A stretch of DNA of 64,000 nt from Calditrichia bacterium (GTDB lineage Bacteria; Calditrichota; Calditrichia; RBG-13-44-9; J075), in NCBI GenBank assembly GCA_050633245.1, contig JBOEGD010000031.1, positions 1 to 64,000 of the forward strand, written 5' to 3'. Shown one piece after another: positions 9,309 to 18,470 of the stretch. Position numbers and translations under genes: made by a program. Position 1 is the first letter of the stretch. The number at the start of each line of letters is the position of its first letter. The notes below the pieces were generated by a model that was not told the origin of the DNA, made no database searches, and saw nothing but the letters and a program-made list of their open reading frames with translations.

Positions 9309-10439
9309 ATGACCAAAGACTTTTTTATAAGCTATACCAGCGCAGACAGAAAGTGGGCCGAGTGGATTGGCTGGCATCTGGAAGAAGCAGGCTATACTGT
9401 ATTCATGCAGGCTTGGGACTTTCGTCCCGGTCAAAGTTTTGTGCGCAATATGCAGCAGGGAGCCAACTGTAAACGCACCATCGCCGTTCTCTCACCTGCT
9501 TATTTTAAATCTGAGTTCACTGCATCTGAATGGGAAACCGCCTTTGCCGATGATCCTACCGGCGAGAAAGGCATCCTTCTCCCGGTTCGTATTCAAAAAT
9601 TTGCCGTTCCGGGAATGCTCAAGCGCATAGCCTATATCGACCTTGTAAATATTGAGGAATCTCAAGCGCGTGAAGTTCTTCTCGCCGGTATTACCGGAAG
9701 TCGTGCAAAACCTCAAAAAGCTCCAGCGTTTCCGGGGGAAGCGGTTAGAGAGGTTAAAGCTAAACCGATATTCAATGAACTCCCAACTGAAACTCAACCC
9801 TTATCGAAAAAGCGTTCATTTATTCAAAAAGATACGAACAAAAAGCCCGGCTCGAAAAGAATTGACCTTACCAAGCTAAAAGCCTGGACAAAAGAACCGC
9901 CAACAGTGCACCTGCGAACCACGCCATCGAACAGTCTTGACTTTGAAGCTATCAAAAAAATGCTTGATGAGTACGGCTTCTATTGCAGCAATGAGGGAAA
10001 TCTTTCCGGGCCCTTTACGAACCCCACCGGAACCGGATTACGCAGCGGCCTGGGAGCAAAAAACGGTATAGTTGAAGTTCATGGCTCTGGCCTGATGTGG
10101 CAGCAACAGGGTTCAGCAGAATGGATGGAGTATCCGGCTATTTCAACTTACATAAACGACTTAAATATATCGGAGTTTGGCGGTTTCAGCGACTGGCGTT
10201 TACCAACTCTCGAAGAAGGCATGAGTTTAGTACAACCTAAAAAATCTGAAAACGGCTTATTTATCAGCTCTTTTTTTAATTCTACGCAGCTCTGGATTTG
10301 GACAACGGATGGCGCGCATGAAGATTGGTCCTGGAATGTTGATTTTGAAACCGGTTCCTATGATCAATATAATCGCAATGGTGGGATTAGCTTTGTTCGA
10401 GCAGTCAGATCTGTTTTGACCATTGGGGCTGATAAATAG
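9309..10439 (+). CDS. TIR domain plus DUF1566 (Lcl C-terminal, C-type-lectin-like) protein
   Basis: DFFISY..AD..WAEWI...AWDFRPG...SEFTASEW (TIR_2 with Glu); GLMWQ...GFSDWRLPTLEE...WT...FVRAVR (DUF1566). Start may be 9297. Confidence 0.88.
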   Translation: MTKDFFISYTSADRKWAEWIGWHLEEAGYTVFMQAWDFRPGQSFVRNMQQGANCKRTIAVLSPAYFKSEFTASEWETAFADDPTGEKGILLPVRIQKFAVPGMLKRIAYIDLVNIEESQAREVLLAGITGSRAKPQKAPAFPGEAVREVKAKPIFNELPTETQPLSKKRSFIQKDTNKKPGSKRIDLTKLKAWTKEPPTVHLRTTPSNSLDFEAIKKMLDEYGFYCSNEGNLSGPFTNPTGTGLRSGLGAKNGIVEVHGSGLMWQQQGSAEWMEYPAISTYINDLNISEFGGFSDWRLPTLEEGMSLVQPKKSENGLFISSFFNSTQLWIWTTDGAHEDWSWNVDFETGSYDQYNRNGGISFVRAVRSVLTIGADK

Positions 10440-10440
10440 A

Positions 10441-11094
10441 ATGAGATCTTTACTGTTTAAACTGTTTTCTTTGACAATTTTTATTCTACCGACTATGCAA
10501 CCCGGTTTGGCTATCGCTGAAGATATTCAAAAGGTAAGGACATATTTGCAGCTAGACATTTCACCAGATTCTTCTTATTACGGCACATCAGAAGGTTACA
10601 TCTTTCAACGCTTTTCGGTTGCTAACCGAATCTTTCTTTTTGGTTCATTCTCAGCTTTCAATCCGGACACTACTTTTGCAGGACCGAGAATGATTGTTAA
10701 GAGCGCACAAGACAGCGTTCTATATGCTTCACCAGGGTTTTCAGACAGCGAAACCGTAACACCCTTATTCTATAAGACTCAGGCGGTAACTGATCCACTG
10801 TTGTTATTTGTCGGGGTTGGAGGCCTCGGCAGCTGGGGCAACGCTCTGTTTCGAGCGACTGATCACCACGTCGAAAGTCTGGGTTTTCTAAATGTCGCAA
10901 CATTCGACTCTACAGACCTCCCCGGTAATATTACCCCCCATAGCAAGATTTTCCTATCAAACGATACGCTGCTCATCGAGTTTCCAGACGAAACAATCCT
11001 GCTTAATCCCTCTGGAGACCAGGAAGAAGAAATAAAAGGCACAAACGTTTTTTATCGCTATACTGAACGTAAGCTTGAGCTGGTAAGAAGGTAA
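10441..11094 (+). CDS. Secreted hypothetical protein
   Basis: ATG 2 bp after the TIR gene stop; N-terminal signal peptide; no recognised domain. Confidence 0.7.
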   Translation: MRSLLFKLFSLTIFILPTMQPGLAIAEDIQKVRTYLQLDISPDSSYYGTSEGYIFQRFSVANRIFLFGSFSAFNPDTTFAGPRMIVKSAQDSVLYASPGFSDSETVTPLFYKTQAVTDPLLLFVGVGGLGSWGNALFRATDHHVESLGFLNVATFDSTDLPGNITPHSKIFLSNDTLLIEFPDETILLNPSGDQEEEIKGTNVFYRYTERKLELVRR

Positions 11095-11103
11095 AAACCG
11101 TAA

Positions 11104-11123
11104 AGCCGCAATGCATCGCGGCT
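11104..11123. repeat. REP-like palindrome, degenerate copy of 9175
   Basis: AGCCGCAATGCATCGCGGCT. Confidence 0.7.
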
Positions 11124-11166
11124 CAAACTACGCGACCAGCTGGCCCGCTTCAACAAGGTAAGCCCT

Positions 11167-11523
11167 ATGAACCTCACCGGAATTAAAACCCGCACCGAGA
11201 CTACAAACGTCCGCGCGATGGTTGAGTTTTATACTCAAATTATTGGCTTAACCGTGTTACAGAACTGGGGTGACCAGTCCGGTGCAATCCTTGGCTTTGA
11301 TATCAACTCCAATGGTTTTCTGGAAATCGCCTTCGCCAAAGAGCCAAAACGCACAGCCGATCTGACGCTTCAGTTTCGCGTAGACAGCATTACAGATTTT
11401 CTTAAAAGAATCGATGGTATCTGGGAGCATAGTGATGCGACGCCTCGTCCCTGGGGAAGTACATATGTGTATCTGCAGGATCCGGATGGAACCCAGCTGA
11501 TTGTTTATGAGGGAGTAATTTAG
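11167..11523 (+). CDS. VOC/glyoxalase family protein
   Basis: FYTQIIGL...RPWGSTYVYLQDPDG. Confidence 0.88.
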   Translation: MNLTGIKTRTETTNVRAMVEFYTQIIGLTVLQNWGDQSGAILGFDINSNGFLEIAFAKEPKRTADLTLQFRVDSITDFLKRIDGIWEHSDATPRPWGSTYVYLQDPDGTQLIVYEGVI

Positions 11524-11544
11524 AAGTGAGAAGTGAGAAGTGAG
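11524..11544. repeat. Heptamer array (AAGTGAG)x3 immediately after a stop codon
   Basis: Read directly. Confidence 0.85.
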
Positions 11545-11632
11545 CAAAATACTTAAATCATTGTTTCAGAAAAGGCAATGACCGAGCGAATAGAAAGTTA
11601 AAGATTCTGTTAACTCTTAACAAGATGATAAA

Positions 11633-12371
11633 ATGAAGAAACTCATCGTTCTGGTATTGCTTTTATCCTCTTCTTTAATAGCAGAGTATAATTCAGGATT
11701 TCAAGCCGTAGCAAAAATTGAGTTAATTAACGGCAAATCCTTTGAAGCAATTATTGTTATTGCTACGACACCAAGTATCGGATTAGGATATTTTGACCAA
11801 AACGGATTTATGGCAGTATCTAAGAAAAATGCCAGGCTGGGTTATCTTTTAGGAAGTGATTTTAACAAAATATCATTTATTCAGGGATCAAAGCCGTTCA
11901 AGCGTGCAAGTAGTTCAGAACGGACTATCAAAAGGTCAGATTATAGAATATTTTTCCTACGTGGCATCTCATCAGCAGAGAAGGGTAAAAAAAGCGTAAG
12001 CATTGAATCGGAGATTGATAGTAGTTCAGGAACGGGAACGTATAAGCGAACATTTCAAATTGTCCAGGAATATGTGTTGGAAGATTCCATCGAGGTTTAC
12101 CGTTATTTGCCAAGTGAATATGAGCTTACAATGGGCAAGCCATAAAGCACAAAAAATTGCTGTTAAAAATCTATCTTCGATTGCCTTAATCAAGACTCCA
12201 TCCTCTCAATGGTTAGACTCGATTAAGGAAAGAAGTGAAGAGTGGTGGAAGCAATATGACAATGATCCTTGTCCACCAGGCGGGCCATTGTGGTATCATT
12301 ATTATTTCGATAGCAAAGGCAGGCTAAAAACCTCTTTTAAATCCAGCCTTAAACGTTTCGAAGAGTATTGA
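11633..12371 (+). pseudogene. Secreted hypothetical protein split by a single frameshift (or sequencing error)
   Basis: ORF 11633-12145 with a signal peptide continues in the +1 frame (12003-12371) near 12125-12140. Confidence 0.6.
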
Positions 12372-12541
12372 TATTTACTCTTTCAAAAATACAGCTTGGG
12401 ATTAACGGTTGAGTATCCAAGCTGCACCGTTTCACGACACAACCAATCCACATATCTATTTATTCACCATCACTTTCTTTCGGCACTAAAATCACTATAT
12501 TCCTAAAAAGTCTGATAACCGAAGTTAAGGTGATCTTTATT

Positions 12542-15500
12542 ATGGTTCGCCATTTGTTAAAGACATTTCTTTTCGGGCTCCTGTATTTTACGACTACTCA
12601 AGCACAAATTCTGCCGAATTCAGATCGAAGCTTTCAGCAAATTGGTCCTGAAAGCGGCCTCCCGCAGGAACACGTAACGACGATATCTCAAGACTCACTT
12701 GGCTTTATGTGGTTTGGCACCGCGAACGGATTGTGTCGTTTTGATGGCGAAACAATGAAAGTCTATTTTGCCGATCCGTCAGATTCATCAGCACTTTCAA
12801 GTAGTCAAATTCAATCTTTATTTACAGATTCCAATGGTAATCTATGGATCGGTGCCGGAGGACTTCATCGCTACAATCCTGCACAAGACACTTTTGTACG
12901 CTATTCTTTTTCCGATCTGCCAGACAAAGGAAAATCCTTACGATTTCCCAACACAATGGCTGAAGACAGTGCCGGAAACTTATGGATTGGCACCTTTGGG
13001 GCCGGTTTGTTTAAACTCCATGCAAATTCCGGCAGCATCGAAAAGATAGACCTCGGTGTGTACAACAAGGAGAGTAGCAGTATCGGACGCATTATTTATT
13101 CTCTGCAAATAGATAATGCCGACACCGTTTGGATTGCCAGTAGCGGAAATCAAATAACCTCAATCGACCTCAAGACCAATAGCCAACAACATTTCTTTCT
13201 AACCTCCAATGGCGATGTACAATACCTGTTCAAAGATAAGCAAGGTATCAAATGGCTGAGCGCAAGCGGCACACTGCTACAAAGATTTGAATGGGATCGC
13301 AACAGCAACGCAAGGCTCACACAGATATTTTCTGGCGAATCATCTATGTCTCCCACTGCAATATTAAGGGAGGAGGATGGTTTACTTTGGCTGGGGACGA
13401 GCGAAAGCGGTATTTTAACGCACAATCCTCTTTCTGGTAAAAAACAATGGCATCGCTCTCATAGCATAAATCCAAATAGCATTCCCGGAAATAGAATTGA
13501 AGATATTTTTCGCGATCGTGACGGTAATATTTGGATTGCCACAATGAACGGACTTGCTTTTCAAAGCAACTGGCAAAAACCGTTTCGACACTACAAATAT
13601 AGTCCGGAAGACCCGCATTCGATTAGTGATGGCCTTGTTACCGGTGTACACGAAGCATCCGATGGAAAAGTTTGGATATCGACGCTCTACAAGGGAATTG
13701 CATTTTTTGATATTCACGAAAACTCGTTTACTCGCTTGTTCGAAGAACAACGTGGATTTTGGGCATTAGGAATTACGGCCGATTCGTATAACAATGTCTG
13801 GATTGCCGGAAATCCGGCAACAGGATTAATTCGCTATCGCATTTCCGACGGAGATCTTAAGCAGTTTGAGCATCAGGCAGAGGATAAATCCAGTCTCGGT
13901 GGCAACGCAATAAGTAAAATTTTAGAAGACAGTAAGCGGAGAATTTGGATAGCAACAAATGGTGGTGGATTAAATTTATATGACAAGCAGACCGAAACTT
14001 TTCGTCGCTTTTATCATGACAAACAGAATGAGCGCTCCCTTGGCAGCAATCAGATAACGGCTCTCGTTGAACAGGCAGATTCGCTGTTGTGGATTGGAAC
14101 AGACAAAGGCTTAAATTCACTGGATCTTACCCACTTTACCATAAAACGGTATTCCCCTGACGAGGAATCCGGTTCACGTAAAAACATCATCCATGATCTT
14201 GCGCTTCAATCTGGTAATGGCAATATTTTAACTGCCACCCCGGTCGGTGTGATGAGGTATGATATGGCCGACCAAAACTATAGGCCCTTGTCCGCAGAAC
14301 TAAATCAATCCGCATATGGAATACTGGAAGATGCGGACGGCAACTTATGGGTTCAGCAGTACACATCGTTGGCAAGATTTGATTCACAGAGCCGCGAGGT
14401 GCGCATTTACGATCGGGATGATGATTGGATTCAAAGTGGCGCATTCGAGTCTGGCTGGCGGCAAGCATTGCAGCGGTTATCCAATGGGGAAATGATTTTC
14501 GGCGGAGTCAAAGGGATAACACGTTTTCACCCTTCTGAAGTGCGGGACAACCTAAGCCCGCCGCCGGTACATATTACCGGATTTCGCTTATTCTATGAGC
14601 CCGTCACGTTAAGGAACAATCCTACGCGGGGAAAAGATCGCAAAAAACGCATTCTACAAAGTTCTGTCATAACAACGCAGAACATGACGCTTTCGCATTT
14701 TCAAAATACATTTTCCTTCGATTTTAGTGCCCTCGATTATTCCCGTCGCGATGCAATTCAGTATGCATATATGCTTGAAGGCTTTCACGGCGGCTGGATC
14801 TACTCGGGCAATGAAAACACCGCGACGTTTACAAATCTTTCCCCAGGAGAATATGTTTTCCGTGTAAAAGGCAGCAATAGCGATGGTGTCTGGAATGAGC
14901 TTGGCGATAGCATGAAGATATTAATTCTAACTCCGTGGTGGAAGACCGGCTGGGCATATACTCTATGGTTGCTATTAGGCCTCGCTGCGGCTTATCTGCT
15001 ATGGAGAACGCTGACGCAGCGATTGATTTTGAATAATAGACTTGCTATGCAAAGTTTTGAGGCCGAAAAGCTAAAAGAATTGGACAGCTTAAAGTCACGT
15101 TTTTTTGCCAACATCTCACATGAGTTTCGTACACCGCTTACCCTTATTCTAGGCCCTATCGATTCGCTGATTTCCAATCAGGAAGATTCCGCCTCCAGAG
15201 AGCAACTCAGCATTATGAAGCGAAATGCCTTCAGGCTTCAACAATTAATTAACCAGCTGCTCGATCTCTCGCGAATCGAGTCACAAAAAATGACGTTACA
15301 AATTCAACCCGGCGATTTAGTCAGGTTCTTGAGTGGCTTGATTATGTCGTTTGCCTCATTTGCTGAACAAAAAAAGATTCAGCTGATTGTCGATATTCCG
15401 ACCTCTGTAGAAAAAGAATGTTATTTTGATCCGGACAAACTTGAAAAGATTATTTCCAACCTGCTATCCAACGCGTTTAAATTTACTCCGGAGCTTGGTA

Positions 15501-16660
15501 CCATTACTGTCCGGGGGGCATTTGAACAAAAGAGTTCAAACAACACGGTTTTTCAGCTTGTTGTGTCGGATAGTGGAATTGGAATAGCACCGGAAGAACT
15601 TGAGGTAATCTTTGAGCGGTTTCAGCAGGTTGATTCCAGTTCAAAACGCGCCTATGAAGGCAGCGGAATCGGATTGGCTCTGGTTAAAGAAATGGTTGAA
15701 CTCCACGGCGGCCATATTTCTGTTAAAAGTGCACCGGGAGACGGCGCAACTTTTCGTGTAAATTTGCCCGTGTCTCGCGAAGCCTTTCCGGAAGATGCAA
15801 TTGTAGCCTCCCCCGCTGCAACAGAGCCACTGCATCTACAGCAGGATGTAAACCTTCTAAAGCCTGCAAACGAACCTATCGCACAGACGATTACAGACAA
15901 ATCTTCTATGCCACTTATCCTACTTGTGGACGATCATCTGGACGTTCGGACGTTTATACGAAGGCAACTGGAGGCAGATTACCGATTGATTGAGGCATCT
16001 AATGGTCTAAACGCGCTGGAAAAATCTTTTAATGCCGTTCCTGATTTAATCATCAGCGATGTAATGATGCCGGAGATGGATGGTTACGAACTGTGTGAAA
16101 AGCTAAAGACAGATGAGCGAACCAGCCATATACCGGTTATTTTGTTAACGGCACGGGCAGGCGAGGAAGACAAACTGACGGGGCTTGAAACCGGAGCTGA
16201 TGATTATCTTACCAAACCTTTTAATTCTCAAGAACTGCTGACTCGCGTTAGAAATCTTATCGCGTCGCGAGAAAAGCTGCGCGAGCACTTCCTGCAAGAT
16301 TGGCTAAAACGCGGTGAACAACTCCCGGTTTCCTCAACAGAAGCAGAGTTTTTGAAGAAACTGCGCTCAACGCTTGATGCACATCTTACGGATGAGCACT
16401 TAGGCGTCGATAAGCTGGCAAATCTGCTCGGGCTTGGTAAGCGACAGCTACAGCGAAAAATTAGCGCTTTAACAAATGAAACTGCCAGCAGCCTTATTCG
16501 CATTGCAAGACTCGAAAAAGCAAAACACTTGCTGGAAAACAATGCAGGTTCAGTATCTGAAGTGGCCTACGATGTTGGATTTAGTCACCTCTCCTATTTT
16601 GCTCGCTGTTTTCGAGAACGCTTTGGTGTCTCTCCTTCTGATGTTCGCAAAAAGGTCTGA
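12542..16660 (+). CDS. Hybrid two-component system (beta-propeller sensor, Y_Y_Y, HisKA, HATPase, REC, AraC HTH)
   Basis: Repeated D..G.LWIGT propeller blades, YAYMLEG/NSDGVWN, NISHEFRTPL, NLLSNAFKFT, GSGIGLAL, ISDVMMPEMDG, VGFSHLSYFARCFRERFG. Confidence 0.96.
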   Translation: MVRHLLKTFLFGLLYFTTTQAQILPNSDRSFQQIGPESGLPQEHVTTISQDSLGFMWFGTANGLCRFDGETMKVYFADPSDSSALSSSQIQSLFTDSNGNLWIGAGGLHRYNPAQDTFVRYSFSDLPDKGKSLRFPNTMAEDSAGNLWIGTFGAGLFKLHANSGSIEKIDLGVYNKESSSIGRIIYSLQIDNADTVWIASSGNQITSIDLKTNSQQHFFLTSNGDVQYLFKDKQGIKWLSASGTLLQRFEWDRNSNARLTQIFSGESSMSPTAILREEDGLLWLGTSESGILTHNPLSGKKQWHRSHSINPNSIPGNRIEDIFRDRDGNIWIATMNGLAFQSNWQKPFRHYKYSPEDPHSISDGLVTGVHEASDGKVWISTLYKGIAFFDIHENSFTRLFEEQRGFWALGITADSYNNVWIAGNPATGLIRYRISDGDLKQFEHQAEDKSSLGGNAISKILEDSKRRIWIATNGGGLNLYDKQTETFRRFYHDKQNERSLGSNQITALVEQADSLLWIGTDKGLNSLDLTHFTIKRYSPDEESGSRKNIIHDLALQSGNGNILTATPVGVMRYDMADQNYRPLSAELNQSAYGILEDADGNLWVQQYTSLARFDSQSREVRIYDRDDDWIQSGAFESGWRQALQRLSNGEMIFGGVKGITRFHPSEVRDNLSPPPVHITGFRLFYEPVTLRNNPTRGKDRKKRILQSSVITTQNMTLSHFQNTFSFDFSALDYSRRDAIQYAYMLEGFHGGWIYSGNENTATFTNLSPGEYVFRVKGSNSDGVWNELGDSMKILILTPWWKTGWAYTLWLLLGLAAAYLLWRTLTQRLILNNRLAMQSFEAEKLKELDSLKSRFFANISHEFRTPLTLILGPIDSLISNQEDSASREQLSIMKRNAFRLQQLINQLLDLSRIESQKMTLQIQPGDLVRFLSGLIMSFASFAEQKKIQLIVDIPTSVEKECYFDPDKLEKIISNLLSNAFKFTPELGTITVRGAFEQKSSNNTVFQLVVSDSGIGIAPEELEVIFERFQQVDSSSKRAYEGSGIGLALVKEMVELHGGHISVKSAPGDGATFRVNLPVSREAFPEDAIVASPAATEPLHLQQDVNLLKPANEPIAQTITDKSSMPLILLVDDHLDVRTFIRRQLEADYRLIEASNGLNALEKSFNAVPDLIISDVMMPEMDGYELCEKLKTDERTSHIPVILLTARAGEEDKLTGLETGADDYLTKPFNSQELLTRVRNLIASREKLREHFLQDWLKRGEQLPVSSTEAEFLKKLRSTLDAHLTDEHLGVDKLANLLGLGKRQLQRKISALTNETASSLIRIARLEKAKHLLENNAGSVSEVAYDVGFSHLSYFARCFRERFGVSPSDVRKKV

Positions 16661-16700
16661 TTCCGCCAACATTTTTTCCTATCCGGTCAGCATTGCAGCC

Positions 16701-16742
16701 AATGTCATCATTTTACTATAAAATGACACCCTCTTGCTAGAA
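16701..16742 (+). promoter_or_regulatory. Putative AraC/HTCS binding site (21-bp direct repeat)
   Basis: AATGTCATCATTTTACTATAA / AATGACACCCTCTTGCTAGAA, 15 of 21 identical, between the HTCS and the downstream operon. Confidence 0.55.
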
Positions 16743-16835
16743 ATTCCCACCCTTATTTTCCTACACTTCCAAAGCACTACGTATCGGTTATTTAGATGCG
16801 CATTAATTTAAATGTCATATTGGGAGATAAAGAAA

Positions 16836-18353
16836 ATGAGTCAAAAAAGATTGATCAATAAGATCTCGGTACTATTCTTAATCCTTGCCTTCTTCACAAT
16901 ACCCATGTATGCACAAGTGCCCGACACGCTTTGGACAGGCCTCTATGGGGGGAATAACGAAGACTATGCCAAAGACATTATCCAAACATCGGACGGCGGC
17001 TTTGCTATCGCAGGTGATTTTGGCCGAATAAGTGGTCAGCCAGACTCCGGTAATGTTTGGCTGGCAAAAATTAACTCTTCCGGCAATCAACTGTGGAGCA
17101 AGAACTACGGAGAGAACAAACTCGACCGCAGTTCAGCGCTTGTCCAACTACCGGATAATGGATTCCTGATCGCCGGGGAAACTCAAAGCCGCGGTGCCGG
17201 TTCCACCGACCTGTGGGTGCTTCGTACAAATGCAGCCGGTGATACGATCTGGACAAAAACCTATGGCGGAACCAACTCGGAATTCCCGGCAGACTTGATG
17301 CTCACCAGCGATGGCGGGTTTATCCTTTTGGGTGCTACGCGTTCTTTTGGTGCCGGTGCTACGGATTGCTGGCTGGTTCGCTGTGATGCTAACGGCGATA
17401 CCCTCTGGACAAAAACCTATGGAGGTACGGGAAGCGACGTTGTCGCATCATTTGCACAAACCAGTGACGGTGGATATGCTATTATTGGAAATACCTTCTC
17501 GTTCGGAGAACCCGGGCAACCAGATATGTGGCTACTACGTACCGATGCCAATGGAGATACGCTCTGGACGACCAATTATAACGGCCCGCATTTTCCATGG
17601 AGTACGGACGACGGACATTTTATTCAGGAAACTTCCAACGGCGGATTCCTGCTGTTGGGCGCTACCAATGGGTTGCCAAACACATCTAATCGCGATATCT
17701 GGTTAATCCGAACCAATTCTGTCGGAGATACACTCTGGACGCAAACCTACGGAGGCACAATGCTGGAAGATGCTGTTGGGTTGGTGGAGATGCTGGATGG
17801 AGGGCTCATGATAGCAGGATTTTCGCTTGATAATAATGGTGATCAGGCTCTGGTAATTTGTACCGACGCCAATGGTGATAGCCTCTGGGACTGGCGCATG
17901 GGTGATGTTTTTAGTGAGCAGATAGTGGCCATCTCTGCAACGTCTGACAATAGCGCCATCCTGGCTGGTTTTACATCTAATTACAATGCAAATGTCAGGG
18001 ACGGCTGGCTGATTCGCTTTGAAGGCGACAGCCCAACAGCTATCGGAGACCCGGCAACGTCTGAAGTACCCGGGACCTTTCAGCTTGAGCAAAACTATCC
18101 GAATCCGTTTAATCCATCCACCAACATTCGCTACTTCCTCCCTGCCGGCATTTCGGGACCAATAGCCCTCGAAATTATCGATACCCGGGGAAGCGTTATT
18201 GCTACCCTCAATACCCCGGGTATCTCCGGCTGGAATGAAACAGGGTGGAATGGCCTCAACAATGACGGCTTCGCCGTAGCCAGCGGGGTTTACTTTTATC
18301 GCCTTCGGGTTGAGGAGCGGTCTGTTGTAAAGAAATTGATGCTGTTGCGGTAA
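16836..18353 (+). CDS. Secreted beta-propeller repeat protein with FlgD/Por-type C-terminal tail
   Basis: Signal peptide; repeats GDTLWTKTYGG...TSDGG...D.WL.RTD; QNYPNPFNP...ASGVYFYRL...KKLMLLR. Confidence 0.9.
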   Translation: MSQKRLINKISVLFLILAFFTIPMYAQVPDTLWTGLYGGNNEDYAKDIIQTSDGGFAIAGDFGRISGQPDSGNVWLAKINSSGNQLWSKNYGENKLDRSSALVQLPDNGFLIAGETQSRGAGSTDLWVLRTNAAGDTIWTKTYGGTNSEFPADLMLTSDGGFILLGATRSFGAGATDCWLVRCDANGDTLWTKTYGGTGSDVVASFAQTSDGGYAIIGNTFSFGEPGQPDMWLLRTDANGDTLWTTNYNGPHFPWSTDDGHFIQETSNGGFLLLGATNGLPNTSNRDIWLIRTNSVGDTLWTQTYGGTMLEDAVGLVEMLDGGLMIAGFSLDNNGDQALVICTDANGDSLWDWRMGDVFSEQIVAISATSDNSAILAGFTSNYNANVRDGWLIRFEGDSPTAIGDPATSEVPGTFQLEQNYPNPFNPSTNIRYFLPAGISGPIALEIIDTRGSVIATLNTPGISGWNETGWNGLNNDGFAVASGVYFYRLRVEERSVVKKLMLLR

Positions 18354-18362
18354 TCAGAAGAC

Positions 18363-18455
18363 TGGAGCAGTCTTTAAGACTGCTGCAAGCTTTAAAGAGA
18401 AGCTACTCAAAGCTAAAAAGGAAAATTGGAGCAGTCTTTAAGACTGCTCCAATTT
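18363..18455. repeat. Two intra-operon palindromes TGGAGCAGTCTTTAAGACTGCT(C/G)CA
   Basis: Copies at 18363-18387 and 18423-18455; relatives at 63199 and 63388. Confidence 0.85.
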
Positions 18456-18470
18456 GAAAAGGAGAACAAA

